Assembly: GCA_035698665.1 (NCBI GenBank)
Contig: DASSBN010000013.1
Coordinates: forward strand, 15,290-79,289
DNA: 64,000 nt
Direction of reading: 5' to 3'
Origin: Gaiellaceae bacterium
GTDB taxonomy: Bacteria; Actinomycetota; Thermoleophilia; Gaiellales; Gaiellaceae
Part shown: one piece after another, positions 1-8,815 of the stretch
Numbering within the stretch: position 1 is the stretch's first letter
Layout of the letters: each line of letters begins with the position of its first letter
The notes under the pieces: model-generated
Database searches by the model: none
Seen by the model: only the letters and a program-made list of their open reading frames with translations
Told to the model about the DNA's origin: nothing
Made by a program: the position numbers and the translations under genes

Positions 1-536
1 ACTTCCCGCTCTCCGAGGAGTCGCTCTTCGAGCACTTCCGCGCCGCTGCGGAGGCCTGTGCGCCGGTGCCCTTCTTCCTCTACGAGTTCGAGGCCCGGAG
101 CGGCTATCCCATTCCCCAGGCGGTGATCGCGCGCCTCCGCGACGCCGCGCCCAACCTCGCGGGCCTCAAGGTCTCCGACACGCCGTTCGAGCGCGTGCAG
201 CCATATCTGATCGAGGGTCTCGACATCTTCATCGGGTCGGAGCCGCTCCTCCCGCAGGGCCTCGCCGAAGGCGCCGCCGGCACCGTGTCGGGCCTCGCGG
301 CGGCCTTCCCCGAGTACGTGGCGAGGCTCTACCGCGAACCGAATGCGGCCGGTGCCGTGGACGTCGTCGCCGCGCTCCGCGACGCGCTGCAGCAGTTCCA
401 GTTCAACGCGTCGGTCAAGGCCGCACTCGCGTGGCGCGGAGTTCCGGTCTCGGGAGACGTGCGTGCGCCGCTCTTGCCTCTGAGCGACGCCGAGCGAGCC
501 GCCCTCGAGACGAGGCTCGAGGAACTGACCGCCTAG
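1..536 (+). CDS. dihydrodipicolinate synthase (DapA) family aldolase, 5' end outside window
   Basis: Frame is open from nt 3. Translation FPLSEESLFEHF..FFLYEFEARSGYPIPQAVIARLRDAAPNLAGLKVSD resembles the C-terminal half of DapA-family class I aldolases. GC3 is high. Confidence 0.65.
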   Translation, partial: FPLSEESLFEHFRAAAEACAPVPFFLYEFEARSGYPIPQAVIARLRDAAPNLAGLKVSDTPFERVQPYLIEGLDIFIGSEPLLPQGLAEGAAGTVSGLAAAFPEYVARLYREPNAAGAVDVVAALRDALQQFQFNASVKAALAWRGVPVSGDVRAPLLPLSDAERAALETRLEELTA

Positions 537-863
537 CTAGGACCTCGGGTCGAGGTCCTCGGCCTCGTCGGCCGCCGCGCCGATCTTCTCGACGACGACA
601 TAGCGGTCACTGCGCTCGATCACGCGCTCGACGCTCTCGTCCTCGTGGCCGGGGATGACGAAGAACCTCGTCGGGGCGCGCCGGACACCCTCGTACTCGT
701 CGATGGAGATCGAGAGGGGCTCCTTGCACTCTTCCCGGCTGCATTCGCAGAGGAATTCCGAACGACCCTCGACCTGGAAGGTCTGGTTGAGCTCCGCGAT
801 CCGCTCGTTGACCTCGCGGAAGAGGGACTCGTTTCTGCCTTGTCGTTCTGCGCGCGTCGTCAT
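537..863 (-). CDS. small conserved hypothetical protein with RNExLFREVNERI and CxC-x4-C...HE motifs (paralog 1)
   Basis: 108-aa ORF with high GC3. Clear paralog of 5341..5667, with roughly 45-50% identity by eye. Divergent from the ECF sigma gene. Confidence 0.7.
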   Translation of the reverse strand: MTTRAERQGRNESLFREVNERIAELNQTFQVEGRSEFLCECSREECKEPLSISIDEYEGVRRAPTRFFVIPGHEDESVERVIERSDRYVVVEKIGAAADEAEDLDPRS

Positions 864-868
864 CGGGA

Positions 869-895
869 GGGAACAAATCTCAGGCTAACACGCTT
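869..895 (+). promoter_or_regulatory. candidate ECF-type autoregulated promoter (GGGAAC-N16-CGCTT)
   Basis: GGGAAC at 869-874, a 16-nt spacer, then CGCTT at 891-895. A GGAGG ribosome-binding site lies at 910-914 and a GTG at 927. The pattern resembles the GGAAC-N16/17-CGTT class of ECF promoters. Confidence 0.4.
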
Positions 896-926
896 GAGAA
901 GCGAGGTTTGGAGGCATAACGCATCC

Positions 927-1925
927 GTGGACCCCGATCGCTCCTTCGAGCGGATCTACCGCAGGCACAGGCGCGAGGTTTACGGCTCCGTGCTCCGCGA
1001 CGTGCGCGATCCCGACGAGGCAGAGGACGTGACGCAGGCCGCGTTTTTGAACGCTTTCCGTGCCATGCGCCGGGGCGACCACCCGGAGACGCCGCGCGCC
1101 TGGCTCCTCACGATCGCCCGAAACGTCGTCCGCCGCCGGGCCCGTCTCAAGTCCGAGCGGCCGCAGGAGGTCGAGCTCGATGCCGATTCCGAGCTCCTCG
1201 TTGCGCTCGACGAGAACGAAGGCTCGGCCTCGGCCGACATCCACGCCGCCCTCAGGCGTCTCACGGATGCCCAGCGCGAGGCGATCCTGCTGCGCGAGAT
1301 CCAGGGACGCTCGTATGCCGAGATCGCCTTCGAGCTCGGCCTGTCCTTGTCCGCGGTCGAGGCGCTCATCTTCCGGGCGCGCCGTGCCTTGGCGGAAGAG
1401 CTCGAGCTGATCGAACGCGTGCCCGTCGTGCGCCCGGCGAAGCGCCACGGCCTGCTCGCGATCCCAGGGCTTGCGAAGCTCGGGTCGTTCGGCTTCTCTC
1501 TCGGCCGGGTTGCGACGGCCTGCATGGTCGGCTGCGCCGTCGTTGCAACCGTGCCGGTCATGGACGGCTCGGCCTCGGACGAGCCCCTTTCGAAGCCCGA
1601 GACCGCGCACGCGATCCTTGCGGCAGATCCGCTCGTGCTCCATCAGCAGGCTCCGCCCGTTACGGCGAAGAAGGACAAGGAGCGCAAGGACTCCCAGTCC
1701 AAGGGCGGCAAAAACAATGCGCCGCACTCGACCTCGCCGACGGATACGCAGGAGAGCTCCGGCGGACTCGCCGTGGAGTCTCTGCTTCCCGTCGAGCTGC
1801 CCGTCGAGCTGCCGCCGGTGGAGCTGCCTCCTGTGGAGGTCCCGCCGCTTCCCCCGGTCGAGGTCCCGCCGCTGCCTCAACTTCCGGCGGTGCAGCTCCC
1901 GCCGCTTCCTCCGATCACATCCTGA
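927..1925 (+). CDS. ECF-family RNA polymerase sigma factor fused to a C-terminal TM segment and Pro-rich repeat tail
   Basis: Region 2 ([36 protein letters not shown]) and region 4 ([44 protein letters not shown]) are recognisable. A hydrophobic stretch [18 protein letters not shown] follows, then a PVELP/PPVEV repeat tail. The track ORF begins at 645 but overlaps gene 537..863, so the GTG at 927 with its upstream GGAGG was chosen. Confidence 0.8.
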   Translation: MDPDRSFERIYRRHRREVYGSVLRDVRDPDEAEDVTQAAFLNAFRAMRRGDHPETPRAWLLTIARNVVRRRARLKSERPQEVELDADSELLVALDENEGSASADIHAALRRLTDAQREAILLREIQGRSYAEIAFELGLSLSAVEALIFRARRALAEELELIERVPVVRPAKRHGLLAIPGLAKLGSFGFSLGRVATACMVGCAVVATVPVMDGSASDEPLSKPETAHAILAADPLVLHQQAPPVTAKKDKERKDSQSKGGKNNAPHSTSPTDTQESSGGLAVESLLPVELPVELPPVELPPVEVPPLPPVEVPPLPQLPAVQLPPLPPITS

Positions 1926-3477
1926 AGACGCCGAACGTCGTCTCCGGGATCGGCGCGTTCAGGCTCGCCGCGATCCCGAGCGCGAGCACCCGCCGCGTGT
2001 CGACGGGATCGATGATGCCGTCGTCCCAGAGCCGCGCCGTCGAGTAGTACGGATTGCCCTCCGCCTCGTACTTCGCCCGGATCTCGTCGGGGTCGGCGCG
2101 CCCGACGGTGGCGAGGACGGATGCGGCCTGCTCACCGCCCATCACGCTGATGCGCGCGTTCGGCCACATCCAGAGCTGCCGCGGCTCATAGGCCCGGCCG
2201 CACATGCCGTAGTTCCCGGCGCCGAAAGAGCCGCCGATGATCACGGTGAACTTCGGCACCTGCGCGCACGCGACGGCGGTGACGAGCTTGGCCCCGTCCT
2301 TCGCGATCCCACCGGCCTCGTACTCCTTGCCGACCATGAAGCCCGTGATGTTCTGCAGGAAGACGAGCGGGACCCGCCGCTTGCAGGCCAGCTGGACGAA
2401 ATGCGCGCCCTTGAGGGCGCTCTCGGAGAAGAGGACGCCGTTCGAGGCGAGGATCCCGACGGGGAAGCCCTCGATGTGGGCGAACCCGCAGACGAGCGTC
2501 TCGCCGTAGAGGGCCTTGAACTCGTGGAAGTCGCTCCCATCGACGATGCGGGCGATGACCTCCCGGACGTCGTAGCCCTTCGAGTAGTCGGCGGGCACGA
2601 TCCCGTACAGGTCCTCGGGGTCGTGGAGCGGCTCGACCGGCTCGTCGCGCTGCCACGGCGGCGCCGGCGGCCGCAGGCTCAGGTTCGCGACGATCTCCCG
2701 GACGAGTGCCAGCGCGTGCTCGTCCGAGACTGCGTAGTGATCTGCCACTCCGGAGGTGCGCGCGTGCACATCGGCGCCTCCGAGCTCCTCGGCGGTCACC
2801 TCCTCGCCGGTCGCGGCCTTCACGAGCGGCGGTCCGCCGAGGAAGATGGTCCCCGTTCCCTTGACGATGACGGTCTCGTCACTCATGGCGGGCACGTACG
2901 CGCCGCCCGCAGTGCAGGAGCCCATCACGGCTGCGATCTGCGGGATTCCCGCCGCCGACATGACGGCCTGGTTGAAGAAGATGCGCCCGAAGTGCTCGCG
3001 GTCAGGGAAGACCTCGTCCTGCATGGGGAGGAAGGCGCCGCCGGAGTCGACGAGGTAGATGCATGGGAGCCCGTTCTGCCGGCCGACCTCCTGTGCGCGC
3101 AGGTGCTTCTTCACCGTCAGCGGGTAGTACGTGCCCCCCTTGACCGTCGCGTCGTTGGCGACGACGACGCACTCGCGGCCCTCGACGAGCCCGATGCCGG
3201 TGATCATGCCCGCGGCCGGCGCGTCGTCGTCGTAGAGGCCGTTGGCCGCGAGGGCGTTCAGCTCGAGGAACGCCGACTCCGGGTCGAGGAGCCGGTCGAC
3301 CCGCTCGCGCGCGAGGAGCTTGCCTCGCGAGCGGTGCTTCTCGATCGCCTCCTCGCCTCCGCCGCGCGCCGCCTCGGCGGTGCGGTCACGCAGTTCCGCG
3401 ACGAGCGCCTCCATGCGCTCCCGGTTCGCGCCGAACTCGGGCGCGGCCGGGTCGGCTCTCGTCTCGAGGATCGCCAC
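1915..3477 (-). CDS. acyl-CoA carboxylase carboxyltransferase (beta) subunit, methylcrotonyl/propionyl-CoA carboxylase type
   Basis: 520 aa with typical carboxyltransferase blocks ([43 protein letters not shown]). GTG start. Confidence 0.9.
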   Translation of the reverse strand: MAILETRADPAAPEFGANRERMEALVAELRDRTAEAARGGGEEAIEKHRSRGKLLARERVDRLLDPESAFLELNALAANGLYDDDAPAAGMITGIGLVEGRECVVVANDATVKGGTYYPLTVKKHLRAQEVGRQNGLPCIYLVDSGGAFLPMQDEVFPDREHFGRIFFNQAVMSAAGIPQIAAVMGSCTAGGAYVPAMSDETVIVKGTGTIFLGGPPLVKAATGEEVTAEELGGADVHARTSGVADHYAVSDEHALALVREIVANLSLRPPAPPWQRDEPVEPLHDPEDLYGIVPADYSKGYDVREVIARIVDGSDFHEFKALYGETLVCGFAHIEGFPVGILASNGVLFSESALKGAHFVQLACKRRVPLVFLQNITGFMVGKEYEAGGIAKDGAKLVTAVACAQVPKFTVIIGGSFGAGNYGMCGRAYEPRQLWMWPNARISVMGGEQAASVLATVGRADPDEIRAKYEAEGNPYYSTARLWDDGIIDPVDTRRVLALGIAASLNAPIPETTFGVFRM

Positions 3478-3620
3478 TAAGCGTCTGCGGGCAACTTGGC
3501 GAGGAGCTCCTTGATCCTGCGCAGAACGTCGGCCTCCTCGTGCCCGAAGTCGTCGAGGTAGGAATGCAGCGCGGCGCGGACCAGCGTCAGCTCCTCTTCG
3601 TTCAGCTCGATGGTGTGCAT
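3477..3620 (-). CDS. small hypothetical protein (47 aa), translationally coupled to the carboxyltransferase gene
   Basis: Not in the ORF track because it is under 60 aa. ATG at 3620, peptide [47 protein letters not shown], strong GC3 bias. Its TAG stop shares one nucleotide with the downstream GTG start (TAGTG). Confidence 0.45.
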   Translation of the reverse strand: MHTIELNEEELTLVRAALHSYLDDFGHEEADVLRRIKELLAKLPADA

Positions 3621-3784
3621 GGGCCTAGCCTACGGCCGCGCGCGGATTGACGAGACCTTTTACGAATTCCGCACACTTCTCCGACGCCGCGCGTGATTTG
3701 CTCGCCTCACCCCATCGCCATCCTGGGCCCGAACGTCGCCCGACAGCTCAGGAAGCGGAGCCCGCCCCGGCGGGCTTCGCCGTA

Positions 3785-4987
3785 TCAGGAGGAAGAGGCG
3801 AGCTCCTGCAGGCGCTCGAGCGGAAGCTCGAACGCCGTCCCGTTCGCGCCGGTGAGGGTCTCCGCGGCGCAGAGCGCGTTCAGGATCGCCTCTTCGGTGG
3901 CCTCGACGACGGCGTCGAAGAGCGCCGTGATGTAGTTGTTCGCGAGCATCTGCACCGGGATCGTCAGCGGCGCGTCGGCGTCGACGTCGGCCGACGGAAG
4001 CCCGCGGTTGCCGGAGGCGAAGGCGAGGAAGAGATCGCCGCTCGAGTGCTCGCCCACACCGCCGACGCGCGCGACGCCGAGCCCCGCGCGCTGCGCGAGG
4101 CGCTCGCACTGGACGGGGAGGAGGGCGGCGTTCGTCGCGACGATGGCGATGATGGATCCCGCTCCCGGTGGAACCCGCCCGTAAGGATCGGGGACATCCG
4201 ATACCGGGATCGCCTCGCCGACCGCAATTCCGTTCACGCGCAGGCGCTCGCGCCTGCCGTGGTTCGCCTGCACGAGAACGCCGACGATCGTCCCGCCGGC
4301 TCCCTCGACGATCCGCGACGCGGTCCCGATGCCGCCCTTGAACCCGTGGCAGATCATCCCCGTGCCGCCGCCGACGTTGCCCTCCGCGACGGGCCCGTCC
4401 GAAGCCGACGCGAGTGCAGACGCCACGTGCTCCGGCCGCACGTGCATGCCGTTGATGTCGTTCAGGAGGCCGTCCCAGGTCTCGCCGACGACGGGGAGGC
4501 TCCAGAACTCCCGCTCGTCCGTCCGCGAGGCGATCTCGGCGGAGATGAGCGCGTCGCGGACGACTCCCACGGAGTGCGTGTTCGTGAGGGCGATCGGCGA
4601 GCAGAGCATCCCGGACTCGCGGATCCACTCGAGGCCGGTGAGCTCGCCGTTCCCGTTCAGGCGGTGCGCGCCGGCGAAGACCGGCTCGTACCAGGGGCTC
4701 GCCTCGTGCGGCTGGATGACCGTCACGCCGGTGCGGACGTCGTCGCCCTCGATCAGCGTCGTGTGCCCGACCCGGACGCCGGGGACATCGGTGATCGCGT
4801 TCTCGGCCCCGGTGGGAAGCGTCCCGATCGCGATGCCGAGGTCGCGCGTCCTGGCTCGACCCGTGCTTGGGTGGTGACGAGGGTCGATGGGGCCATCATA
4901 TTTCCCGCGCCGTGGGCGTAATAGTGCTACGTTCGGGGAACTTCCATGGGGGCGATGGATTCCGTCCGTATCCCGTTTCCGGACCAT
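3785..4987 (-). CDS. DmpA/P1-family (peptidase S58) aminopeptidase
   Basis: Family blocks include NAITDVPGVRVGHTT, NGNGELTG, GGGTGMICHGFKGGIGTAS and IVATNA. The start is uncertain: the ATG at 4987 overlaps the plus-strand ORF at 4946, and no in-frame ATG lies downstream of it. Confidence 0.8.
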   Translation of the reverse strand: MVRKRDTDGIHRPHGSSPNVALLRPRRGKYDGPIDPRHHPSTGRARTRDLGIAIGTLPTGAENAITDVPGVRVGHTTLIEGDDVRTGVTVIQPHEASPWYEPVFAGAHRLNGNGELTGLEWIRESGMLCSPIALTNTHSVGVVRDALISAEIASRTDEREFWSLPVVGETWDGLLNDINGMHVRPEHVASALASASDGPVAEGNVGGGTGMICHGFKGGIGTASRIVEGAGGTIVGVLVQANHGRRERLRVNGIAVGEAIPVSDVPDPYGRVPPGAGSIIAIVATNAALLPVQCERLAQRAGLGVARVGGVGEHSSGDLFLAFASGNRGLPSADVDADAPLTIPVQMLANNYITALFDAVVEATEEAILNALCAAETLTGANGTAFELPLERLQELASSS

Positions 4988-5344
4988 GTCGGGCTCGAGT
5001 GGACCGAGCCGGTTTCACTGGACGCTGCGCTTCAGGACGCGCTCCGGGCCGCGCAGGAATGCGCCGCCGCCTGTCTCGAGGTCGTGCCGGTGGTTCCGCA
5101 GGGAGCCCGTGGCCCGATCGCGACCGTCTTCGCAGTGTCGTGCCTCGCCGCCGAGCGCCTCGAAGAGGACGGACACGACACGGCCGCGATGCTCACGCTC
5201 TGCGTACGCCTCATCGAGTCGAACCTCGGTGGACTTGACGACGGCCGGCTGACGTACGGTGCGGCCGCAGCCGCGCGCGGCTGCGCCGACCGCTGCCGGA
5301 GGGCGCTTGCCGCGCTCTACCTCTGCGAGGAGGATCCTGTATGA
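4946..5344 (+). CDS. hypothetical Cys-containing helical protein
   Basis: 132-aa ORF with high GC3. Spaced Cys residues sit in Ala-rich helices (AAQECAAACLE, GCADRCRRALAALYLC). ATGA overlap with the next gene. Confidence 0.5.
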   Translation: MGAMDSVRIPFPDHVGLEWTEPVSLDAALQDALRAAQECAAACLEVVPVVPQGARGPIATVFAVSCLAAERLEEDGHDTAAMLTLCVRLIESNLGGLDDGRLTYGAAAAARGCADRCRRALAALYLCEEDPV

Positions 5345-5667
5345 ACGACGTCAGGGCGGTTGTCAGGAACGAGCTCCTCTTCCGCGAGGTCAACGAGCGG
5401 ATCTTCCAGGTCGCCTCGAGCGAGACAGAAGGGCTCGAGGTCCCGTGCGAGTGTGGTGACGAGTCCTGCATCTCGTCGCTCACCATCAGCGTCGGCGACT
5501 ACAGGCGGATCCGCGCCGAAGCCTCACGCTTCATCGTCTGCAACGAACATGAGCAGGCCGAAATCGAGCGCGTCGTCGAGCGCACTCCCGAATATCTCGT
5601 CGTCGAGAAGACCGGGAGAGCACGCGAGGTGCTCGACGACTGGAAGATCGACCGGACGGCGACCTAG
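5341..5667 (+). CDS. small conserved hypothetical protein with RNExLFREVNERI and CxC-x4-C...HE motifs (paralog 2)
   Basis: 108 aa, paralog of 537..863. Coupled to the upstream ORF by an ATGA overlap. Confidence 0.7.
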   Translation: MNDVRAVVRNELLFREVNERIFQVASSETEGLEVPCECGDESCISSLTISVGDYRRIRAEASRFIVCNEHEQAEIERVVERTPEYLVVEKTGRAREVLDDWKIDRTAT

Positions 5668-6383
5668 CCGCTTTGGCTGACCGCCAGGTCGTCCACGGCG
5701 GCGCGCAGCTCCCGCACGTAGCGCTCGAGCCCTTCGGGCCCCTCGGCCTCAGCCACCTCGACCGCGCGGCTGCCGACGACGATTCCGTCCGCGAGCTCGG
5801 CCGCGCCTGACGCCTGGGCGGGCGTGGAGATTCCGAAGCCGGCGAGGAGCGGCACATCGGTGACCGCCCGCGCCCGCGCGACGAGACCGGCGAGCTGGCC
5901 GGAGGCCGACTCCCGGGCGCCCGTCGTGCCCGTCAGCGATACGAGGTAGAGCCAGCCGTCGGTCCGCTCCGCGGCCAAGCGGATCCGTTCGTCGGGAGTC
6001 GTCGGCGCCACGAGCTGCACCCGCGGGAGGTCAGGTGCGGCCTCGAGCGGAAGGTCGGCGACGATGAAGCTCGTTGCCCCGGCCGCGACCGCGTCGTCTC
6101 GAAAGCGCTCGTACCCGTAGGCCTCGAGGATCGAGGCGTATGTCATCGGGATGAGCGGCACGTCGACCCTCGCCCTCGTCTCCGCCAGGCACTCGAGGCA
6201 CGCCTGCGTCCGCATCCCCTCCGCGAGGGCGCGCTCGCCCGCGAGGCGAATCACGGGCCCGTCGGCCAACGGGTCGGAGAAGGGGAAGCCGATCTCGAGG
6301 AGGTCGGCGCCGCCGGCCACCGCTCGAGCGGCGAGCTCGGGTGTCCTCTTCCCGGCCATCAGGTAGATCGAGAGACGCTTCAT
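5664..6383 (-). CDS. trpA: tryptophan synthase alpha chain
   Basis: [41 protein letters not shown]. The start was set at the internal ATG of the 650-aa track ORF. ATGA overlap with trpB. Confidence 0.95.
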   Translation of the reverse strand: MKRLSIYLMAGKRTPELAARAVAGGADLLEIGFPFSDPLADGPVIRLAGERALAEGMRTQACLECLAETRARVDVPLIPMTYASILEAYGYERFRDDAVAAGATSFIVADLPLEAAPDLPRVQLVAPTTPDERIRLAAERTDGWLYLVSLTGTTGARESASGQLAGLVARARAVTDVPLLAGFGISTPAQASGAAELADGIVVGSRAVEVAEAEGPEGLERYVRELRAAVDDLAVSQSG

Positions 6384-7504
6384 CGCGAGAGCACGGTGGC
6401 GAGATCCTTGTCGCCGCGACCCGAGAGGCCGACGAGGACGAGCTCGGCGTCGAGCTCGAGCGCGCGGGCGAGTGCGTGTGCAGGCTCGAGTGCCGGGATG
6501 ATCCCCTCCCGCTCGGCGAGCAGGTGGAACGCGGCGAGAGCCTCGTCGTCCGTCGCGGGGACGTACTCGGCGCGGCCCGAGTCTCGCAAGAACGCATGCT
6601 CCGGTCCGACACCCGGGTAGTCGAGGCCGGCGGAGATGGAGTGTGCGTCCGCGATCTGCCCGTCCTCGTCGGAGAGCAGCGAGGAGCGGGCACCGTGGAG
6701 GACGCCGGCGCGGCCGGCGCCGAGGCTCGCCGCGCCGGCCGCCTCGACCCCGATCAGGCGCACGGCGGCGTCGTCGACGAAGCCGGCGAAGAGCCCGATG
6801 GCGTTCGAGCCGCCGCCGACGCAGGCGACCACGGCTTCGGGGAGCCGGTTCTCGGCGGCGAGGATCTGCTCCCGCGCCTCGCGGCCGATGACGGCCTGCA
6901 GCTCTCCGACCAGCTCGGGGTAGGGATGCGGGCCCACGCAGGAGCCGATCATGTAGTGCGTCGTCTCGACGTTCGTGATCCAGTCGCGGATGGCCTCGCT
7001 GGTGGCCTCCTTCAGCGTGCGCGTCCCGAACTCGACCGGGCTGACCTCCGCGCCGAGCAGGCGCATCCGCTCGACGTTGGGGGCCTGCCGCGCCATGTCC
7101 TCGGAGCCCATGTAGACGACGCAGTCGAGGCCGAAGCGCGCGCAGACGGTTGCTGCTGCGACGCCGTGCTGGCCCGCCCCGGTCTCCGCGACGATGCGCT
7201 GCTTGCCGAGCCGGCGGGCGACGAGCGCCTGGCCGAGGGCGTTGTTGATCTTGTGGGCGCCCGTGTGGCAGAGGTCCTCGCGCTTCAGGTAGACGGTCTT
7301 CCCCTCCGCGAGCCGCTCCGTTCGGTAGAGCGGCGTGGGTCGGCCGACGTAGTCGCGCTGCAGCCCTCCGAGCTCGGCGAGAAAGCCGGGGTCGTCCTTG
7401 ATCTCCCGCCAGCCGCGCTCGAGCTCGTCCAGGGCGGGGACGAGGGTCTCGGGCACGTAGCGCCCGCCGTAGGGGCCGAAGTAGCCCGTGTCGACGGAGG
7501 TCAT
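6380..7504 (-). CDS. trpB: tryptophan synthase beta chain
   Basis: [46 protein letters not shown] overlaps at both ends. Confidence 0.95.
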   Translation of the reverse strand: MTSVDTGYFGPYGGRYVPETLVPALDELERGWREIKDDPGFLAELGGLQRDYVGRPTPLYRTERLAEGKTVYLKREDLCHTGAHKINNALGQALVARRLGKQRIVAETGAGQHGVAAATVCARFGLDCVVYMGSEDMARQAPNVERMRLLGAEVSPVEFGTRTLKEATSEAIRDWITNVETTHYMIGSCVGPHPYPELVGELQAVIGREAREQILAAENRLPEAVVACVGGGSNAIGLFAGFVDDAAVRLIGVEAAGAASLGAGRAGVLHGARSSLLSDEDGQIADAHSISAGLDYPGVGPEHAFLRDSGRAEYVPATDDEALAAFHLLAEREGIIPALEPAHALARALELDAELVLVGLSGRGDKDLATVLSR

Positions 7505-8784
7505 CGAGCCGCCTCCACGAAGGCGCGGACGCGGTCGTGGTCCTTGATCCCGGGCGCGGCCTCCAGGCTGCGGCTCGCGTCCACGCACCAGGGCTGCACC
7601 GCGTCGATCGCCGCACGGACGTTCTCGGGCCCGAGGCCGCCGGCGAGCAGGACGCGGCCTTCGGCGCGCGCTGCCTGCTCCCAGTGGCCGTCGTCCTCCT
7701 CGAGCCACGGAAGGTCCTTGACCTGCGCGACGACGTCGTCTCCGCGCAGGAGCACGCCGTCTCGCGCCCGGTGCCCGTTCTCCTGCGCGTAGAGCTGGGC
7801 GAGGTCGGTGCCGGCGTCCTCTGTCGCGCCGACGAAGACGCCGACGGAGAGCATCGTGTCCGGGACGGGGAGGGGGGCTTCGGCCCGGCGAGGGCTCTCG
7901 GCGAGGACGAAGCCGGCGAAGTCCGCTCCCGCTTCGGCGGCGACGGCCACGTCTTCCTCGCGGGTCAGGCCGCAGACCTTCACGTACGGACGGCGCAGGA
8001 GATCGGCGAGCTTCGCCGCGGGGTCGTCCGCGCGCATGAGCGCCGAGCCAACGAGGACCGCGTCTGCTCCTGCGAGCTCGGCGGAGGCTCCGTGCGCACG
8101 GTTCAGGATCCCGCTCTCCGCGACGACCACGCGGTCGCGGGGAGCTGAGGCCACGAGGTCGAGCTGTGCGCTCCGGTTGATGTCGAAGGTGGCGAGGTCG
8201 CGTGCGTTCAGCCCGATCACGGGGGCGTCGAGTGCGGTCGCACGCGTGAGCTCCTCCGCGTCGTGCGCCTCGACGAGCGTGTCGAGGCCGAGGTCGGATG
8301 CGGCCTGCATCAGCTCGCGCATCTTCGCGTCGTCCAAATCTCGAAGGAGCAGGAGAACCGCGTCTGCGCCGCTTGTCTTCGCCGTCTCCAGATGCTCGCG
8401 AGTCGAGAAGAACCCTTTGGCGAGGAGCGGGAGCTCCGCGGCCGCCCGCGCCGCGCGAAGGTCGTCCCACGTGCCGGCGAACCGCTCGTCGACGAGGACG
8501 GAGACGGCCGACGCGCCGGCGCGCTCGAACGCGGCCGCGAGCGCGGCCGGGTCGGCGTGCGGCCGCAGGTCGCCCGCCGACGGCGACCGCCGCTTCACCT
8601 CGGCGATGGCGCCGAGGCCGGGTCGGGCGAGCGCCTTGCGGAAGCGGCCCCTCAGCGCTTTCCCAGTCCATCTGGGACATGCCCTGGTGCCAGGCACAAG
8701 GCCGTGTCCGAAAGGAACGAATGTCGAGGATCCATGCGGGCCGAGTCCGCGGGCAAGAAGGACGTGGCCGTCCCTCCGGGCCAT
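7501..8784 (-). CDS. trpC: bifunctional indole-3-glycerol-phosphate synthase / phosphoribosylanthranilate isomerase (TrpC-TrpF fusion)
   Basis: The IGPS core ([29 protein letters not shown]) runs in frame into a PRAI domain ([36 protein letters not shown]). The start is uncertain. ATG 8784 and GTG 8698 are both in frame, and both lie inside the 36-bp repeat copies. Confidence 0.85.
   Translation of the reverse strand: MARRDGHVLLARGLGPHGSSTFVPFGHGLVPGTRACPRWTGKALRGRFRKALARPGLGAIAEVKRRSPSAGDLRPHADPAALAAAFERAGASAVSVLVDERFAGTWDDLRAARAAAELPLLAKGFFSTREHLETAKTSGADAVLLLLRDLDDAKMRELMQAASDLGLDTLVEAHDAEELTRATALDAPVIGLNARDLATFDINRSAQLDLVASAPRDRVVVAESGILNRAHGASAELAGADAVLVGSALMRADDPAAKLADLLRRPYVKVCGLTREEDVAVAAEAGADFAGFVLAESPRRAEAPLPVPDTMLSVGVFVGATEDAGTDLAQLYAQENGHRARDGVLLRGDDVVAQVKDLPWLEEDDGHWEQAARAEGRVLLAGGLGPENVRAAIDAVQPWCVDASRSLEAAPGIKDHDRVRAFVEAAR
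8674..8709. repeat. 36-bp imperfect-palindrome element, copy 1 (GGGACATGCCCTGGTGCCAGGCACAAGGCCGTGTCC)
   Basis: Shares a 20-nt identical core, CATGCCCTGGTGCCAGGCAC, with copy 2. Contains the internal inverted repeat TGCC(C)TGG/CCAGGCA. Confidence 0.7.
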
Positions 8785-8813
8785 GCCCTGGTGCCAGGCA
8801 CCGGGACGTGTCT
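8778..8813. repeat. 36-bp imperfect-palindrome element, copy 2 (GGGCCATGCCCTGGTGCCAGGCACCGGGACGTGTCT)
   Basis: Lies 104 bp from copy 1, which is not a multiple of 3. About 31 of 36 positions are identical by hand alignment. Confidence 0.7.
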
Positions 8814-8815
8814 CA

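Noticed and set aside
1471-3480. 669-aa plus-strand ORF
   Set aside because: It is antisense to the well-supported carboxyltransferase gene, and its translation is Arg-rich and motif-free.
8685-8700. TGGCAC-N5-CATG inside the 36-bp repeat as a sigma-54 (-24/-12) promoter
   Set aside because: The -12 element TTGC is absent, the site is internal to an operon, and sigma-54 is not expected in this kind of high-GC actinobacterial genome.
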